Source: Setoptus koraiensis
Taxonomy: Eukaryota > Animalia > Arthropoda
Reading direction: 5' to 3'
Length of the DNA: 64,000 nt
NCBI GenBank assembly: GCA_048013815.1
Contig: CM106585.1
Location: 17,608,001-17,672,000, forward strand
The translations under genes and the position numbers were made by a program. A model generated the notes under the pieces. That model did not search any database. It was not told the DNA's origin and saw only the letters and a program-made list of their open reading frames with translations. Positions 33,908 through 45,967 of the stretch are shown here, one piece after another; the stretch's first letter is position 1; every line of letters starts with the position of its first letter.

Positions 33908-36900
33908 GGGTCGTGTGGTGGGCACTTGTATCGCCGCTGGATTCTAGTGACTGGATACTAGTGACCACATTATACTCACTAGATACAACAAATAAATAAA
34001 AATAATAAACATTTTTTAACAAATAAATCCCTTTGTTGTGTCACTGATAATGTGAGCTCAATAAATAGTGAGAGGCAGCACAATTTGGGTGAGCTCGTTG
34101 CAATAATAACATTTGGCAATATTTCGCGACGCATCACAATGTTTCACGATATTTCACCATGTTTCACAATATCGAATGCGATCAAACAAACACCCTTATC
34201 CACAATGTATTACAACAATGTAATACATTGTACGCATAATATGATAAGTGGGCATTTCATTGAGCTTTGTTTGCTGTCAGCGATTTTGACGTCCGCTCAT
34301 TTTTACCTGGCCTCATTTTGACGTGCGCCGATTTTGCCAAACTGGCCACCGTCACTGTCCATTGTCGGTGGCCAGTTTGTCACTCGCCTGGCAACATTTA
34401 CATTTGTTACGTTTGTAGTTAATTGTGGCTGCCGATTGTCGATCAGTTGGTTCAACCGATTCAACGGCCCCAACAAACTCCAACTAGCTAATTGTACAAG
34501 TTGCGACTCACAAGTTGTGGGTGATTGGCGCAAAATGTGATTTGCGTTCGAGACAAAGTTTGAAATTTTGAATGCACGGTATACCGTTGGCAGCAAACAC
34601 TCACCATCGGATATTGGGCATGCTGACAAATGCGATTTTTTTTTTGTGAAAAGTGAGCTAAAAGTTGGCGCCAAATGGTCAATTGGTCAATTGTCGATGC
34701 GTGCAGTTTTGTCAGTGTGTCGCTATTGTGTGTCAGTGTAACGCTATTGAGAGTCGGCTACAAAACGCTTGCTCATCAACAATAACAGGTGATTGTTGTT
34801 GGATGGAGACAAGTGCAAATGAGTTTGGCCTGCATTTGCATGACGCCAGCGCGTTATCAGCGCCATTAAAGGGGGCCCAACTTGACCTTTTGGCGGCCGC
34901 TTTCGCTTGGGTATTTGTAAGGGCGCCAGATAAGGGCTCTACAAATAGCGTAGCGGGCAAAATAATGCAAATTGGGCTAGCGAAATGCAGCGAGCGTTCG
35001 CCGATACCGCCGATTTTGGCGGCGCTGCCGATGCTGCCGATAGTGTCGATAATGCCGGCTCAACGACATATCGGCCAGCATAACGGCGCCCAGGCGACTA
35101 GCGGCCAAATGCAAATTAGTCGCGAGCCTGGCCAGACCTCTGGCTGTTGGCCGTTGGCTGGCTGGCTGGCTGGCTGGCCGGCTGGCTGGGATGATAAGTG
35201 GACGATCAATTATTCCATCTTTATCCCGTTGCTATATCTATTTCGGTGTCGCCGTGCCACGGCACCACAACGGCGACGGCAAACAAACAAACACTGACCG
35301 TCGCTCAATGAGGCCCGGTGTCTGATTGGGCCGATGGCCATATATTGCTGCTCGCTTGGCTCGCTTGGCTCGCTCGCTCATTGAGAGCTCACGTGGGGCC
35401 AGGCTGGCGAGCTCGCTCAACGTACATGAGCGACAATATGAGGCCAGCGCATAGGTGAGCGGTGATTGCATGATTCAATGACTATCTATTCAAATGATTT
35501 GGTCGCCGCACACACACACACAGTGACAAATGGCCCCTGGCTTGGCCGCCAAATCAGTTTGGCCAATCTAAGTGTGTCTCGGTCATTAGGAATAGGCTAT
35601 AAATTTGCATACTGTTGGCATTATTTGACAGGCCTTTCGTTACAATATGGCACTGTCATTGTGGCGCGTCCGTGTACGTGTGCGCTTGTGTGTATTCATT
35701 TATGTGTATACACACACTTGCTAGTTACAACGCACACGCACGCACAAATGGTGAAACGGTCAAATGGTCAAATGGTCAAATGGTCAAATGGTTGGTTTGT
35801 TTGTGTTGCATCATAGGAGCATCATAGGAGCGTCTTGAATAGAATGGGAGCGACAACATTGAATAAGAGTTGCGACAACAATGGTTACAATGAATCGCTA
35901 ATGGTGCCAGCAACTGTGTTGCAAATCACAAATGCCGTCCCTCTGTGGCCCTGTCTCTCTGCGCCTCTTTGCCTCTGTCCCTCTGGCGGCCGGTCAGTCC
36001 GCCGGTCAGTCCGTTCAACAGTCCGCCGGTCAGTCCGTCCCTCTGTCGGCCGGTCAGTCCGTCCGTCCGTCCGTCGTTAGCTGGCCAAGGCAACATGACG
36101 TAACACACACAGTGATAAACTAAGCACGAGCACACTTACAGACATTTGAGCCATGAAATGTCTCTATTTGACAACCATCCGTCGGCATAACAACGATAAT
36201 ATCTATTATAGGTGCCATAGGCAATATTCAGTGTGTTCGCATGCACAGATTGTGTTACATCACTTGTGATGATGATAATAATAATAATGTGAATGTGAAT
36301 GTCGGACGCGCGCGTGATAAGAGAGACACACACATTTGATATGCCAGTTATCTTGATGCTGGCACGCCGAGCTCACGCCGACGGGCCCCAAGTATCGAGC
36401 TTTATTATTATGGGCCATCAAGAATTTGTTGTTGTCTCTGTTGTTGTCTCACCGATACACGATATGTTAGTTATGTTGTTGTGTGTGAGTGTGTTATAAC
36501 TCCATTCGAGCACTTGAACTGCCCTTGTCTCACTTGTCCCATGCACGCCGACATGATCTCTCGCAATCTTGTCAGATCTGACCAACTTGTGACCAACTTG
36601 TGACGCAACTTGCGAGCCTCAACTTGTCAGGCCAATCGAGGGTCACTCGCTACATGCGCTATTAGCGTATTTGTTTTGTATTTGTCGTTGTTGTGGTGCA
36701 CAATTCACCAACTTGAACATTACGGCCACTTGGCCCTTGCAACACACTCAATGATGATGATGATGATGATCCACTTATACATGTTTGCCAACCCCATTGT
36801 TAGCTCCATTGTTGCTCCACAAGCATTGTCATAACGTCATATCGCTGGCCAGTCGCCAGTCGCCATTCGCCATTCGCTTGTCCAGTGGCCAGGTAACCGA

Positions 36901-37560
36901 GCTAGCTAACTGTTGGCGGCACAACTCGTAAGTAACTGCTGATGCGGCTGCCACTGCTTATCGCCTGCTAATGACACAACGACAAAACAACTTTTCCTAG
37001 TTTATTCTGCTATTATGTAATACAATACGATATGTAAATAGTGATTTTCTATGCTATGAGCGCATTGTTTGTTGTTATTAGTGCGTAATAATTTGGCGAC
37101 AGCACGCACACACAATTAACATGACAATATTGGCCTAACAAACATTGTAAGACCAACATTGGCCATTGTTGTTGCACAACACAGTTATTATATATCTATT
37201 ATACACGTTTTATTATACACTACAAGTATTATACTAGTATCGCATGTATTACACGTGTAATCAATCGGTTGTTGACTCGTTCAACAGTGCTTGCATAATA
37301 GCCTGTTATGCTGATTGCGAGCACAGCTGATTGGTCTCTTGATGGTACGATCATTAGACGATTGATTATGGCAGTAATCGCTAATTAGTGCCGCTGCATG
37401 ATCAAGACAGCGAGCACTAGTTATTGGTGCAGTGTACAAACAACTAGTATTATAAACTATAACTCGTGCAACAGTAAAATGGTTGCAATCGTCAAGTTGT
37501 CAGCACTAGATTGTATCAGACAACAACAATTGATTGCCAGCGCCCCACTACCAATACACT

Positions 37561-37650
37561 GCAGTAGTGGCAGTAGTGGCAGTAGTGGCAGTAGTGGCAG
37601 TAGTGGCAGTAGTGGCAGTAGTGGCAGTAGTGGCAGTAGTGGCAGTAGTG
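37561..37650. repeat. (GCAGTAGTG)10 perfect 9-bp tandem repeat
   Basis: Read directly from the sequence. Confidence 0.95.
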
Positions 37651-40010
37651 ACAGTAGTACACGTAGTAGTGAAAAACAAATCAATTGATGATCTAGCTTG
37701 TTGTCTGTATGTCGTTGAACGTGTGAGAACACTTTGCACGCGTTTCATTGACAATTGTGAGCGCTTGTTGATTAGATTTACTGTCACAAATGTCACTGCA
37801 ACTGCGCCCCACACTAATGGGTGCCTCCAAACTATACTAACATTATGAACAATATACTACAAACAACTGTATACAAACCTATACGTCTATACGTGCCGAT
37901 GAGCGTAACACACTATCGTGCTCATATAATCGTGTCACCATTATATCAATAAACAACAACAACAAGCAACCGATTAAACTGTGTCATTGGGCCACTGGGC
38001 AAAACATTAGCTTGGCATGAGTAAATTTTTGTGAATAAGCCAGTCGCAAACAATTCACACTCGTCAATACAATCGAGCGGTGAAGGTCAGTTGACTTTTT
38101 GGCCGATAGTTACATAGTTGTCATAACGATGGCCGATAGTTAGATAGTGAGCAAGCACTGTTTGTTTAATCAACGCTCATTTGCAACCAAAGTAACAACA
38201 ATTTATTTAATGTAACAGTTGCAGATAGATAAGTCATCCACACGCAAGATAAATTTGTATAAATATTGTCACTCGCCTCTCACAACTTGCATCAAGAGCA
38301 ACACTGAGGCCAAATTTTAGAAACAATTTCCGACACAACATTAGTTTATTAGTGCGCCGATAGACTCATCAACTGGGCGTTGCGCATCCGTTTATTTTGG
38401 CAAGCCAAACGAGCAATTTAGAGACTATGCACAACTATGCCCGTCATGTTATCTGGCCGTGATCTTGTTTTGGATAAACAATCGCCTACAATATTTTTGG
38501 ATTCATTTCTCCTTCTGACAGGTGAACAGTGAAGAGAGTGCATAAGTGTGTATTGCGCATAGCATTCCGGTTATCTAATGCGAGATCTTTCCACTTCTTT
38601 CAACATTTGTTTAGAGAGGCGCGCAAGTTTGCCACTTTCTCTGCTCCCTTCTGCCATCTCGCTTTTCAGTTCACTTTTTCTTTTCACTTTTCACTCACAA
38701 GTCAGCTATAGAATTCTTGTAAGCGCATAAATGAACACACACATACACAATCGCCATTAATATCTCAGACGGCGTGCCAGATAATTCCAAGGCGAAAAGT
38801 TTTGGCCACGCCAGAGTCGGTTTCGCATCACGAAAGCCGAACAAGCAAGCCACTGTTTGGCTTTGTCCGGTGGATAGTGGGATAGTCGGCTACTGGGATG
38901 ATGGGATAGCGGAATAGCGGCATAGTCGGACAGTGTGCATGTGCAGATAATGGAGGACAACAACAAATGCAAAGATCAATGTTGCCCTCATTGGCGAAAA
39001 GCAAGCATAAGGCAAGTTTATATAATCAGCGAATTTTCACAACTTGTAATCTCAGACAATTTTCTCGCCAGCAGTTTCTATGAAAAGAAAATGGGTCTGA
39101 TGATGGTGGCACACAGTGGCTAACAAACAGCAACATGAATCATCGTTAGCAAAGTGCTTGAATAAAGAGACAATGCACTCTATATGTCTCAGCAGAATAG
39201 ACACCACGCAGTCTCTCAAGACTGCTTTCTTGAATTCGCCAATAACCCATTAATATGAAGAGTCAAGCAATGTTAACTGGGTGCCTTGCTGTTGATGTTG
39301 CTGTTGTTGTTGTTGTTGCTGGTGAGGACTAGTTGAAAATCATCATCGCTCAGCTGACATCATCCATTCAATAGATTCTCTTTGGCTATAGAGGCACTCT
39401 AAATGATGATCAAGTCAATGATTAACCAAAGACTTTATTATAAACAGACAAAAGCCAACTTGTGACACAGTTAGTGAGCGAGCGAGTATTACTTAAGTTT
39501 GAGTAGTCACAACGATAATTGATGATGGCAAAACATCACATCATGACTACAAACTGATATTGTTCAACCAACTGTGTGTGTGTGTGTGTGTGTGTGCGCC
39601 ATAGCGACGTTGGATAACAACAATCAATGTGAAAGATAAATTATTGACTTTGTAGAAAGACGCTCTTTATTTGGTGCGTAACAGCAGGGTTAAAATCTTC
39701 GTTTCGAAGGACTTTACACATCCCCTTGAAGTGTGTTGCTCTATATTATTTATGATCAGAGTTAATGATCTGACGAAGAGTAACATAGTAGTAGTCGCAA
39801 GATACACAACAAAGTTATATACATTTATATACGTTTATCAACATGGATTGATATGTTGATATGCATGATTGAAATGGGCAACTTATTGGGTGCTTTAATC
39901 AATTTGTTTCAATTGTACAGTGCTAGTTGAAATGCTTTTAAAAAGAGTTATCACGAAGAACTCTTTCTGGATCAACCGATTGTCTCCATCACGACATGGC
40001 CCGATAATAT

Positions 40011-43000
40011 TCAATTACATACTTGATTCTTTGACATGTTATGCGGGTTATAGGCTAACGCATTGGTAGAATTGTATATTTTGGTTATACCAATTAGTCG
40101 ATCAGCCAGCTCGTACATGTTATTCCTCAAGGAGATTACGAGAAATTGAGTGTCCTTAGTTTTCTCTTTTATATAATGGGCAATAATAGACACATTCTTG
40201 AAATCTAATGCAGCGTCTATCTCGTCCATGACATACAGAGGCGATGGTTTATACAAATGTAGAGCTAATATTAGCGCCAAAGATGAGAGGGTTTTCTCGC
40301 CACCAGACAATTTTGTTATTGGGCCCCATGTTTTCTTTGGAGGTCTGACTTTAAACTCTATACCTTCGAGGAACGGATCCAAACTATCACATTGTATTAA
40401 TTCCGCTGAGCCGCCCTTGGATGTAATTGTCTCATAGATCATAGCCAAATGTTTATTGATTTCCACGAAGCCGACCTCAAACTCCTTATGTCTCATGTCC
40501 TTTACTTGTTCATAAGCCTTACGGTGGTCATCACGACGCTCAGTAACCTCGTTTAATTCTCTGGTTCGCTCGATATAAAGAGCCTGCTTCTGTCTATACT
40601 GCTCTATCGCCGCAATGTTAGGCTTTAATTTTTTGATTTCCTTATCAAGATGCTCAATATTCTTCGTCAATTGATTAATGTCTAAATCTTCAACATTTTC
40701 ATCCTCGTCTTCCGCAAGGCTTGTGAGATCTACACCTTCAATCGTATTGGGTTTGAGATTGGCGATCATTGATGACCATTTAGCCACGTCACGCTCTTTC
40801 TCCTCTACTTTCTTCTTCAATTGATCTGCTTTATGCTTGATATCCAAGTTATCACTGAGAAGGTTTGCTTCTTGCTCTTTCATTTTGTTCAACTCTACCT
40901 GGGATGCTTTCAATCTGCCATTTATTTCCTCCTTCTTGGATTTTATCTCTTGGCGCTCATTATCGATTGATTCTAGTTCCTCTCGAATCTTGTGTCGCCT
41001 TTCTTTAAGTTGTATGAGTAAAGTTTTACTTTCTGCTATTTCCTGTTCACACTGATCTATTTTTTCTTTACATTTTTCGATAGAACGGGCGGCAGTTTTT
41101 TTACCTGCCTCAGCTTTAGAGATTGCAAATGAGGCGTTTTCTAAATCTTTCTTGAGCTGTTGTACTTTTCTTTCAGCTGGTCCAATTTTTCCCGATATAA
41201 TAGATTTGATCTGTTGGTTGATCTCGTCCACTTTGTCCTCGAGAACTTTGGAATCCTTTTTCAGATTGTCGTAGTTCTTCTGCAATTTATCGATCTCCTT
41301 CTCAAGGGCACTCTTCTTCTTTTCATCTGGTTTCACCTGTTCCAATCTTATCTTGGATTCTTCTATGGCTGTCCTTAAGCTGGAAACAGTTTTACCAATC
41401 TCATCGACCTCCATCTCGAATTTTGGCTTTTGGTTTCTCATAATCTCATTATCTCTTTTTGCTTTTTCAATGTCAGCCTCAAGTCTATCATGTTCTACTT
41501 TCAGTATGGACAATTTTTCCGAATAATCATGGGCTTCGTTTTCTAGCCGCTCTAAATCTTGGGCACTCAATCCTGTTGCTAAACTGGTTCGACGGCTATC
41601 ACTCGATAAGGCCATCTTACCTGATATAGGTTGACCTCCACCCGACATTGTACCAGAAATCTCTATCAACTGACCTCTCAATGTAACTACTCTCCATTTT
41701 CGACCGCCATAGGCGATTTTTCGTGCTAGATCCAAACTATCGACAACGAGAGTATCGCGAAGAAGGGCAGAAAATGCAGGCACGTAATCTTCATCATCAA
41801 TTTCGATTAAGTCTATCAAGCGTTCGGCAGGCTCGTCGAAGTCAAAATCTGCATGTCGCCATTTTTGTTGCTTATCCAAAGCGGTGAAAACGGCTCGACC
41901 TATGTCGTTTTTCTTCAAGTATTCTATGCACTTTTTGGAGGTTTCAACATTATTAGTAAGTATCTTGTCCAACTGGCTTCCTGCTGCTGTAGATATCGCA
42001 ATATCGTACTTTTTGCTAATATATGCAAGATCTCCCAATCTTCCGAATATACCTGTGAGATGGCCTTTCTTCTTCTGATCCATAAGTCGTGATAGTACAC
42101 GATTTCTAGATTCTTTGGCATGGTGGGCACTTTTGGCTTGGTTTATAGTTTGCATGACTTGTGTACGTTTCGCGTCAAGTTCGTTCCTTTGAGTTCTGAT
42201 GTTTTTCATTTTTTCTATACTTGACTCAATTCTTCTTTCACTTGCAGGAAGATCTGTGTCGAAGCCCTCAACAAGTTTCTGTTTCTCTTCTAATTTGACC
42301 AAACTACTTCGTAACTCTGATTCTAGCGAGGCCAATTTTGATCTCTCCTGGCGTTCCGCTAAAAGATACTGATCAAGATCTGATTTTTTCAAGTCGACGG
42401 CAGATTTAGCTTCATTGATGGCTTTTTGTAGATTTAATAGTTCTGACTCGTACTTTTCCTTGTCTTCTCTCAATGGTCTTACGTCCTCTTCTAAGGTACC
42501 TCGCTGAACACTGAGATCGTCTTCGGCTGCAGTGAATAGAGCTTCAAGTTCTTTCTGTTTGACTAGACTTTCTTCGATCTGCTTATCAAGTAACGGAATT
42601 TGATCACTAGTTTCCTTGAGAAGATCTTCAGCGGCGTTCTTATCGAATACAAGCTTTTTTCCTTTTTCTTTGGTGTTGGTATTCTTAGTTCTGTTTTGCT
42701 CACCTTCTTTTTCCAAAGATTTGTATGTTTCGTTCAAGGTTTCAAACTGTTTAGATAGGACCTCGTTTTCTTTGTTGATTTCGTCGCACTCTTGTTGTTT
42801 CAATTTCTGGCCCTCCTTGAGTTCGTTGACTTGCTGAAGGGCCTCTTTGAGGGTTTCTTCGGCTTTTGAGCGTTCTGCTTCGACTTCATCACATATACTC
42901 TGGGCTTTTGCTTTATGTTTCTGATAAAGAATTTTTTGGCGTTCCATTAATTTATTTTCAAAGCTGAGAAACTTGATCGCTTCATTTCTGACTTTTTCGA

Positions 43001-43805
43001 GCTTATCCAATTCTTTTTTCACCAGTTTTTGCCTGGTTGTCTTCTCAGACCAGAGTTCATTTAGCTCGTCAACTCGCTCTTGGATTTTCTCTAATGGTGC
43101 TTTCAATCTTGTTGTTCCAATCATTTCTTCAAGGAATTCTAACATACCAGATTCGTTTTCATTTTCAGCTTTAGGTTTCATAAGCGATATTTGTTCGACT
43201 TCTCCCTGTAAGATAAGAAAACGGTTGTATCTGAGATCAATGCCACGAGATTGTAATAGTTGTGAAACTTTTTTGAATTGTACTCTGTCATCATTTATGC
43301 AATAGTAAGAAGAATTGTCTTTATGAGCTGTTCTGGAGATTGTGAATTCCGTGCCCTCAATGATATCCATCTCAAATTCGTGTTTGTCGTGAATGTAAGC
43401 AAAATGGACGGTCACCGTACAATCTCTACAATTGGGATAGGTGTCTGAATTGTGAATGAGTAATGAAAGCTTTTTGAGTCTCAATTTTTGCGCTCTATAA
43501 CCGAAAACAAATAACAAGGCATCAATAACATTGGACTTGCCGCTCCCATTGGGACCAACGATGGCTGAAAAACATTTGTGGAGCGGACCTAAAGATTGTG
43601 TTCCTCCGTATGATTTGAAATTTCTTATGACAATCTTTGTGATAACAAGACGTTGTCCGTCTTGAGAACCAGTGTGCTTGGGTGGCGGGGGCACATAAAT
43701 ATCTCCGCACACTTTGTGGCACGCGTCCTCTTTTCCTTCGACGTCGTACTCGTCCTCTTCCTCCTCGAAGGATTCATCGTTGGCTGGTTGGTCCGCCACA
43801 GTCAT
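40011..43805 (-). CDS. SMC4: Structural maintenance of chromosomes protein 4 (condensin), 1264 aa, intronless
   Basis: Walker A GPNGSGKSN, NRFLILQGEVEQI, hinge GIFGRLGDL...RVVTLRGQLIEISGTMSGGG, signature LSGGEKT, Walker B/D-loop YVMDEIDAALDFKNVSI. Confidence 0.97.
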   Translation of the reverse strand: MTVADQPANDESFEEEEDEYDVEGKEDACHKVCGDIYVPPPPKHTGSQDGQRLVITKIVIRNFKSYGGTQSLGPLHKCFSAIVGPNGSGKSNVIDALLFVFGYRAQKLRLKKLSLLIHNSDTYPNCRDCTVTVHFAYIHDKHEFEMDIIEGTEFTISRTAHKDNSSYYCINDDRVQFKKVSQLLQSRGIDLRYNRFLILQGEVEQISLMKPKAENENESGMLEFLEEMIGTTRLKAPLEKIQERVDELNELWSEKTTRQKLVKKELDKLEKVRNEAIKFLSFENKLMERQKILYQKHKAKAQSICDEVEAERSKAEETLKEALQQVNELKEGQKLKQQECDEINKENEVLSKQFETLNETYKSLEKEGEQNRTKNTNTKEKGKKLVFDKNAAEDLLKETSDQIPLLDKQIEESLVKQKELEALFTAAEDDLSVQRGTLEEDVRPLREDKEKYESELLNLQKAINEAKSAVDLKKSDLDQYLLAERQERSKLASLESELRSSLVKLEEKQKLVEGFDTDLPASERRIESSIEKMKNIRTQRNELDAKRTQVMQTINQAKSAHHAKESRNRVLSRLMDQKKKGHLTGIFGRLGDLAYISKKYDIAISTAAGSQLDKILTNNVETSKKCIEYLKKNDIGRAVFTALDKQQKWRHADFDFDEPAERLIDLIEIDDEDYVPAFSALLRDTLVVDSLDLARKIAYGGRKWRVVTLRGQLIEISGTMSGGGQPISGKMALSSDSRRTSLATGLSAQDLERLENEAHDYSEKLSILKVEHDRLEADIEKAKRDNEIMRNQKPKFEMEVDEIGKTVSSLRTAIEESKIRLEQVKPDEKKKSALEKEIDKLQKNYDNLKKDSKVLEDKVDEINQQIKSIISGKIGPAERKVQQLKKDLENASFAISKAEAGKKTAARSIEKCKEKIDQCEQEIAESKTLLIQLKERRHKIREELESIDNERQEIKSKKEEINGRLKASQVELNKMKEQEANLLSDNLDIKHKADQLKKKVEEKERDVAKWSSMIANLKPNTIEGVDLTSLAEDEDENVEDLDINQLTKNIEHLDKEIKKLKPNIAAIEQYRQKQALYIERTRELNEVTERRDDHRKAYEQVKDMRHKEFEVGFVEINKHLAMIYETITSKGGSAELIQCDSLDPFLEGIEFKVRPPKKTWGPITKLSGGEKTLSSLALILALHLYKPSPLYVMDEIDAALDFKNVSIIAHYIKEKTKDTQFLVISLRNNMYELADRLIGITKIYNSTNALAYNPHNMSKNQVCN

Positions 43806-44210
43806 GTTCGGTATAAAACTATCTTGTATTAATAATATGACTACAATAAATCTCGTCGATGCAAATCTAAAATCTTCTAGGACAACAATTGCTTGATTAT
43901 GCGCCTCACTTATCTCATGACGTGTTGAATTTTTCGGCCTGCCTCAAGTATTAGGTCATAGCGACAGAATAAGGTTGGTTGAAAAGTGGTAGAGTGTTTC
44001 GTAATTTATGTTTTATTTCCTGCTAATTATGACAATAAAAACAGATAGACAAAATACTATTGCGTGTAGTAGATTACTTCATTCATGTGTACGAGTTGGA
44101 GAACAAGTTTTAACGGTTAACAAACAGATAATGAATAAGCGCGCTGATTATGCTTTGTGATACATTTGCGGCGCGTAGTTTAAAAAAGAAAAAAATCAGG
44201 GGAGCTGTCT

Positions 44211-44239
44211 CCCTCGTTTCCCATGTCCCGTCTAACCCC
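44211..44239 (-). promoter_or_regulatory. Canonical G-quadruplex motif in the divergent SMC4/RNF115-126 intergenic region
   Basis: Minus strand reads GGGG-TTAGAC-GGG-ACAT-GGG-AAACGA-GGG, a GC-rich island in AT-rich DNA. Function not shown. Confidence 0.45.
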
Positions 44240-44693
44240 ACAATAGGAGCTTTCTCCCGGCCTCCCTCAATCTCTAAAAAATCCACACTTGGCTCCGAAC
44301 TGCACAAGTGAATTCATAACAACTTGCTCTTCTGTTTACAAAACGGATATGAATAGTTGCTTGAATACATATTCACATTAAACTGTTATTATTCATGAAT
44401 CTCTTACGAAAGAGAAAGAGAGTGTTCGCTCGCGATTCGCAGATCGGCCTCGTTCCAGTTCAAATTTTGCGCAATAGCTCGCATGAAAACACTTTTGTGT
44501 CAATTGAAACGCTGCATTGCAATACAATCAAGAACAATATTAGAAAGCAACACTTTTTGATTTGTTTCTTGTGTGATATAATATTATTACTACTATTATT
44601 ATTATTAAATTTGCAATTTTATCTCTATTCTAGGAATTCCTCTCTGAAGATTATTATTAGAGCACGAATTGCTAATAGAATATATATCCAATC

Positions 44694-45916
44694 ATGCGTT
44701 ATTACTGTCATCATTGTCACAGTCAGATTAGCGCCGAGGATTTATTACCAGATTTCACATGCCCCAATTGCCAATCGGGTTTTGTTGAGGAGATAACTAT
44801 TACACAGGCATCGAGGCGAAGCTCAAATGATCGATCATCATCTAGAGATGATGGGACGGGCTTAGGTTCGTCCAGGATATCAAGTGATGAATACTCAGAC
44901 GATAACAGTGACGCAGAATTAATGGAGGCTGTTGGAGCTCCTCTCGCTCATCTTTTTGGTCTATATGAGCAGCGTATGTCTGCAAATAACCCGCAACAAC
45001 CACAGGGAAGCACATCAGCGTCCACTGAAGCCACTACTGCCCCGGATGTCTTGACCGGAGTAGCCCGGTCTGCATCGACATCAGCCGATCCACATGCACA
45101 TCGATTCATAATCAGAGCGCCTGTTCAAAACAGAGGTCAACGTAGCCGATCACAAGATCAAGCACTATTAAATGATTCTACATTAGTAGATGTATTATCA
45201 GAATTTATAAATCATGCACCACCGTTCGGAAACCGTTTCACAGGCTCCTCAAATGCTGGCCAATCAAATAGTAGCGGAGTTCAAACACCAGCTGGACGTG
45301 GCTTGATAAACATAGATGTACCATTACCTTTATTCTTACATAGTAGCCCAGGTGATTACGCCTGGGGAAACTCGGGGTTCGATGCAGTTATTACACAACT
45401 TTTGAATAACCTTGATGGTACTAGTAGTGGACCACCCCCTATGCCGAAAGAACAGGTAGACGAACTGCCTACTGTAAAAATAAGTGAGGAACAAGTTTCA
45501 AAACAAGGTTTACAATGTACAGTATGCATGGAAGATTTTCGTATTGGAGAAAGTGCCCGCCAATTGCCTTGTGAACACACATTTCACCAGGACTGTATAA
45601 TACCATGGCTAGCTATTGTAAGTAAAAATATTTTGAAATAATATTTATGATAATAATTGACCAAAAACTTGACTAACATTTATATTTTATCCTCTATATA
45701 AAGCACGCTTCATGTCCAATATGTAGGAAAACGTTTGGAGTCCTCCCCGGTGCTGCAAGTTCACAACAACGGGCCATTCAGACAACTGGCCCTGCAAGCA
45801 CCAGTTTAGATATTACAAGTCACCCCTCGACCATTGTGTCAACTTCAAACTCCGATAGTCACGCAACTCCAGATCCATCGCACAACTATGATTACACTGA
45901 GGATGATTGTGACTGA
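44694..45916 (+). CDS. RNF115: RNF115/RNF126-like E3 ubiquitin ligase; join(44694..45617,45704..45916), 378 aa
   Basis: N-terminal zinc ribbon RYYCHHC...FTCPNCQSGFVEE, GDYAWGNSGFDAVITQLL, and RING-H2 CTVC...CEHTFHQDCIIPWLAI|HASCPICR. The RING is completed only by removing an 86-nt intron (45618 GTAAGT ... GACTAAC branch point ... AAG 45703). Confidence 0.92.
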
Positions 45917-45937
45917 CAAAATTCATTCTTTAAAAAA

Positions 45938-45946
45938 TTTAATAAA
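45938..45946. terminator. Overlapping bidirectional polyadenylation signals (AATAAA on +, ATTAAA on -)
   Basis: TTTAATAAA lies within the 51-bp gap between the convergent RNF115/126 and XKR stop codons. Confidence 0.5.
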
Positions 45947-45967
45947 TCATTATAATTTAGTTAGTCA

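Noticed and set aside
38500-39360. Protein-like minus-strand frames (e.g. KSELKSEMAEGSRESGKLARL; GEFKKAVLRDCVVSILL)
   Set aside because: Short, without starts, convincing splice sites or homology.
6400-39900. Hundreds of short ORFs rich in poly-C/L/V/Q/N/T or periodic motifs, including Cys-rich metallothionein/keratin-like ones such as 9952..10422, 10452..10865 and 14590..14859
   Set aside because: They are translations of (CAA/CAG/GTT/TG)n and 9-bp repeats in GC-rich DNA, open in several frames at once, with no domain signature.
44240-44290. U2 snRNA-like words (AATAGGAGCTT..CTCC; GGATTTTT)
   Set aside because: The two words lie on opposite strands, and the conserved U2 5' and branch-pairing regions are absent.
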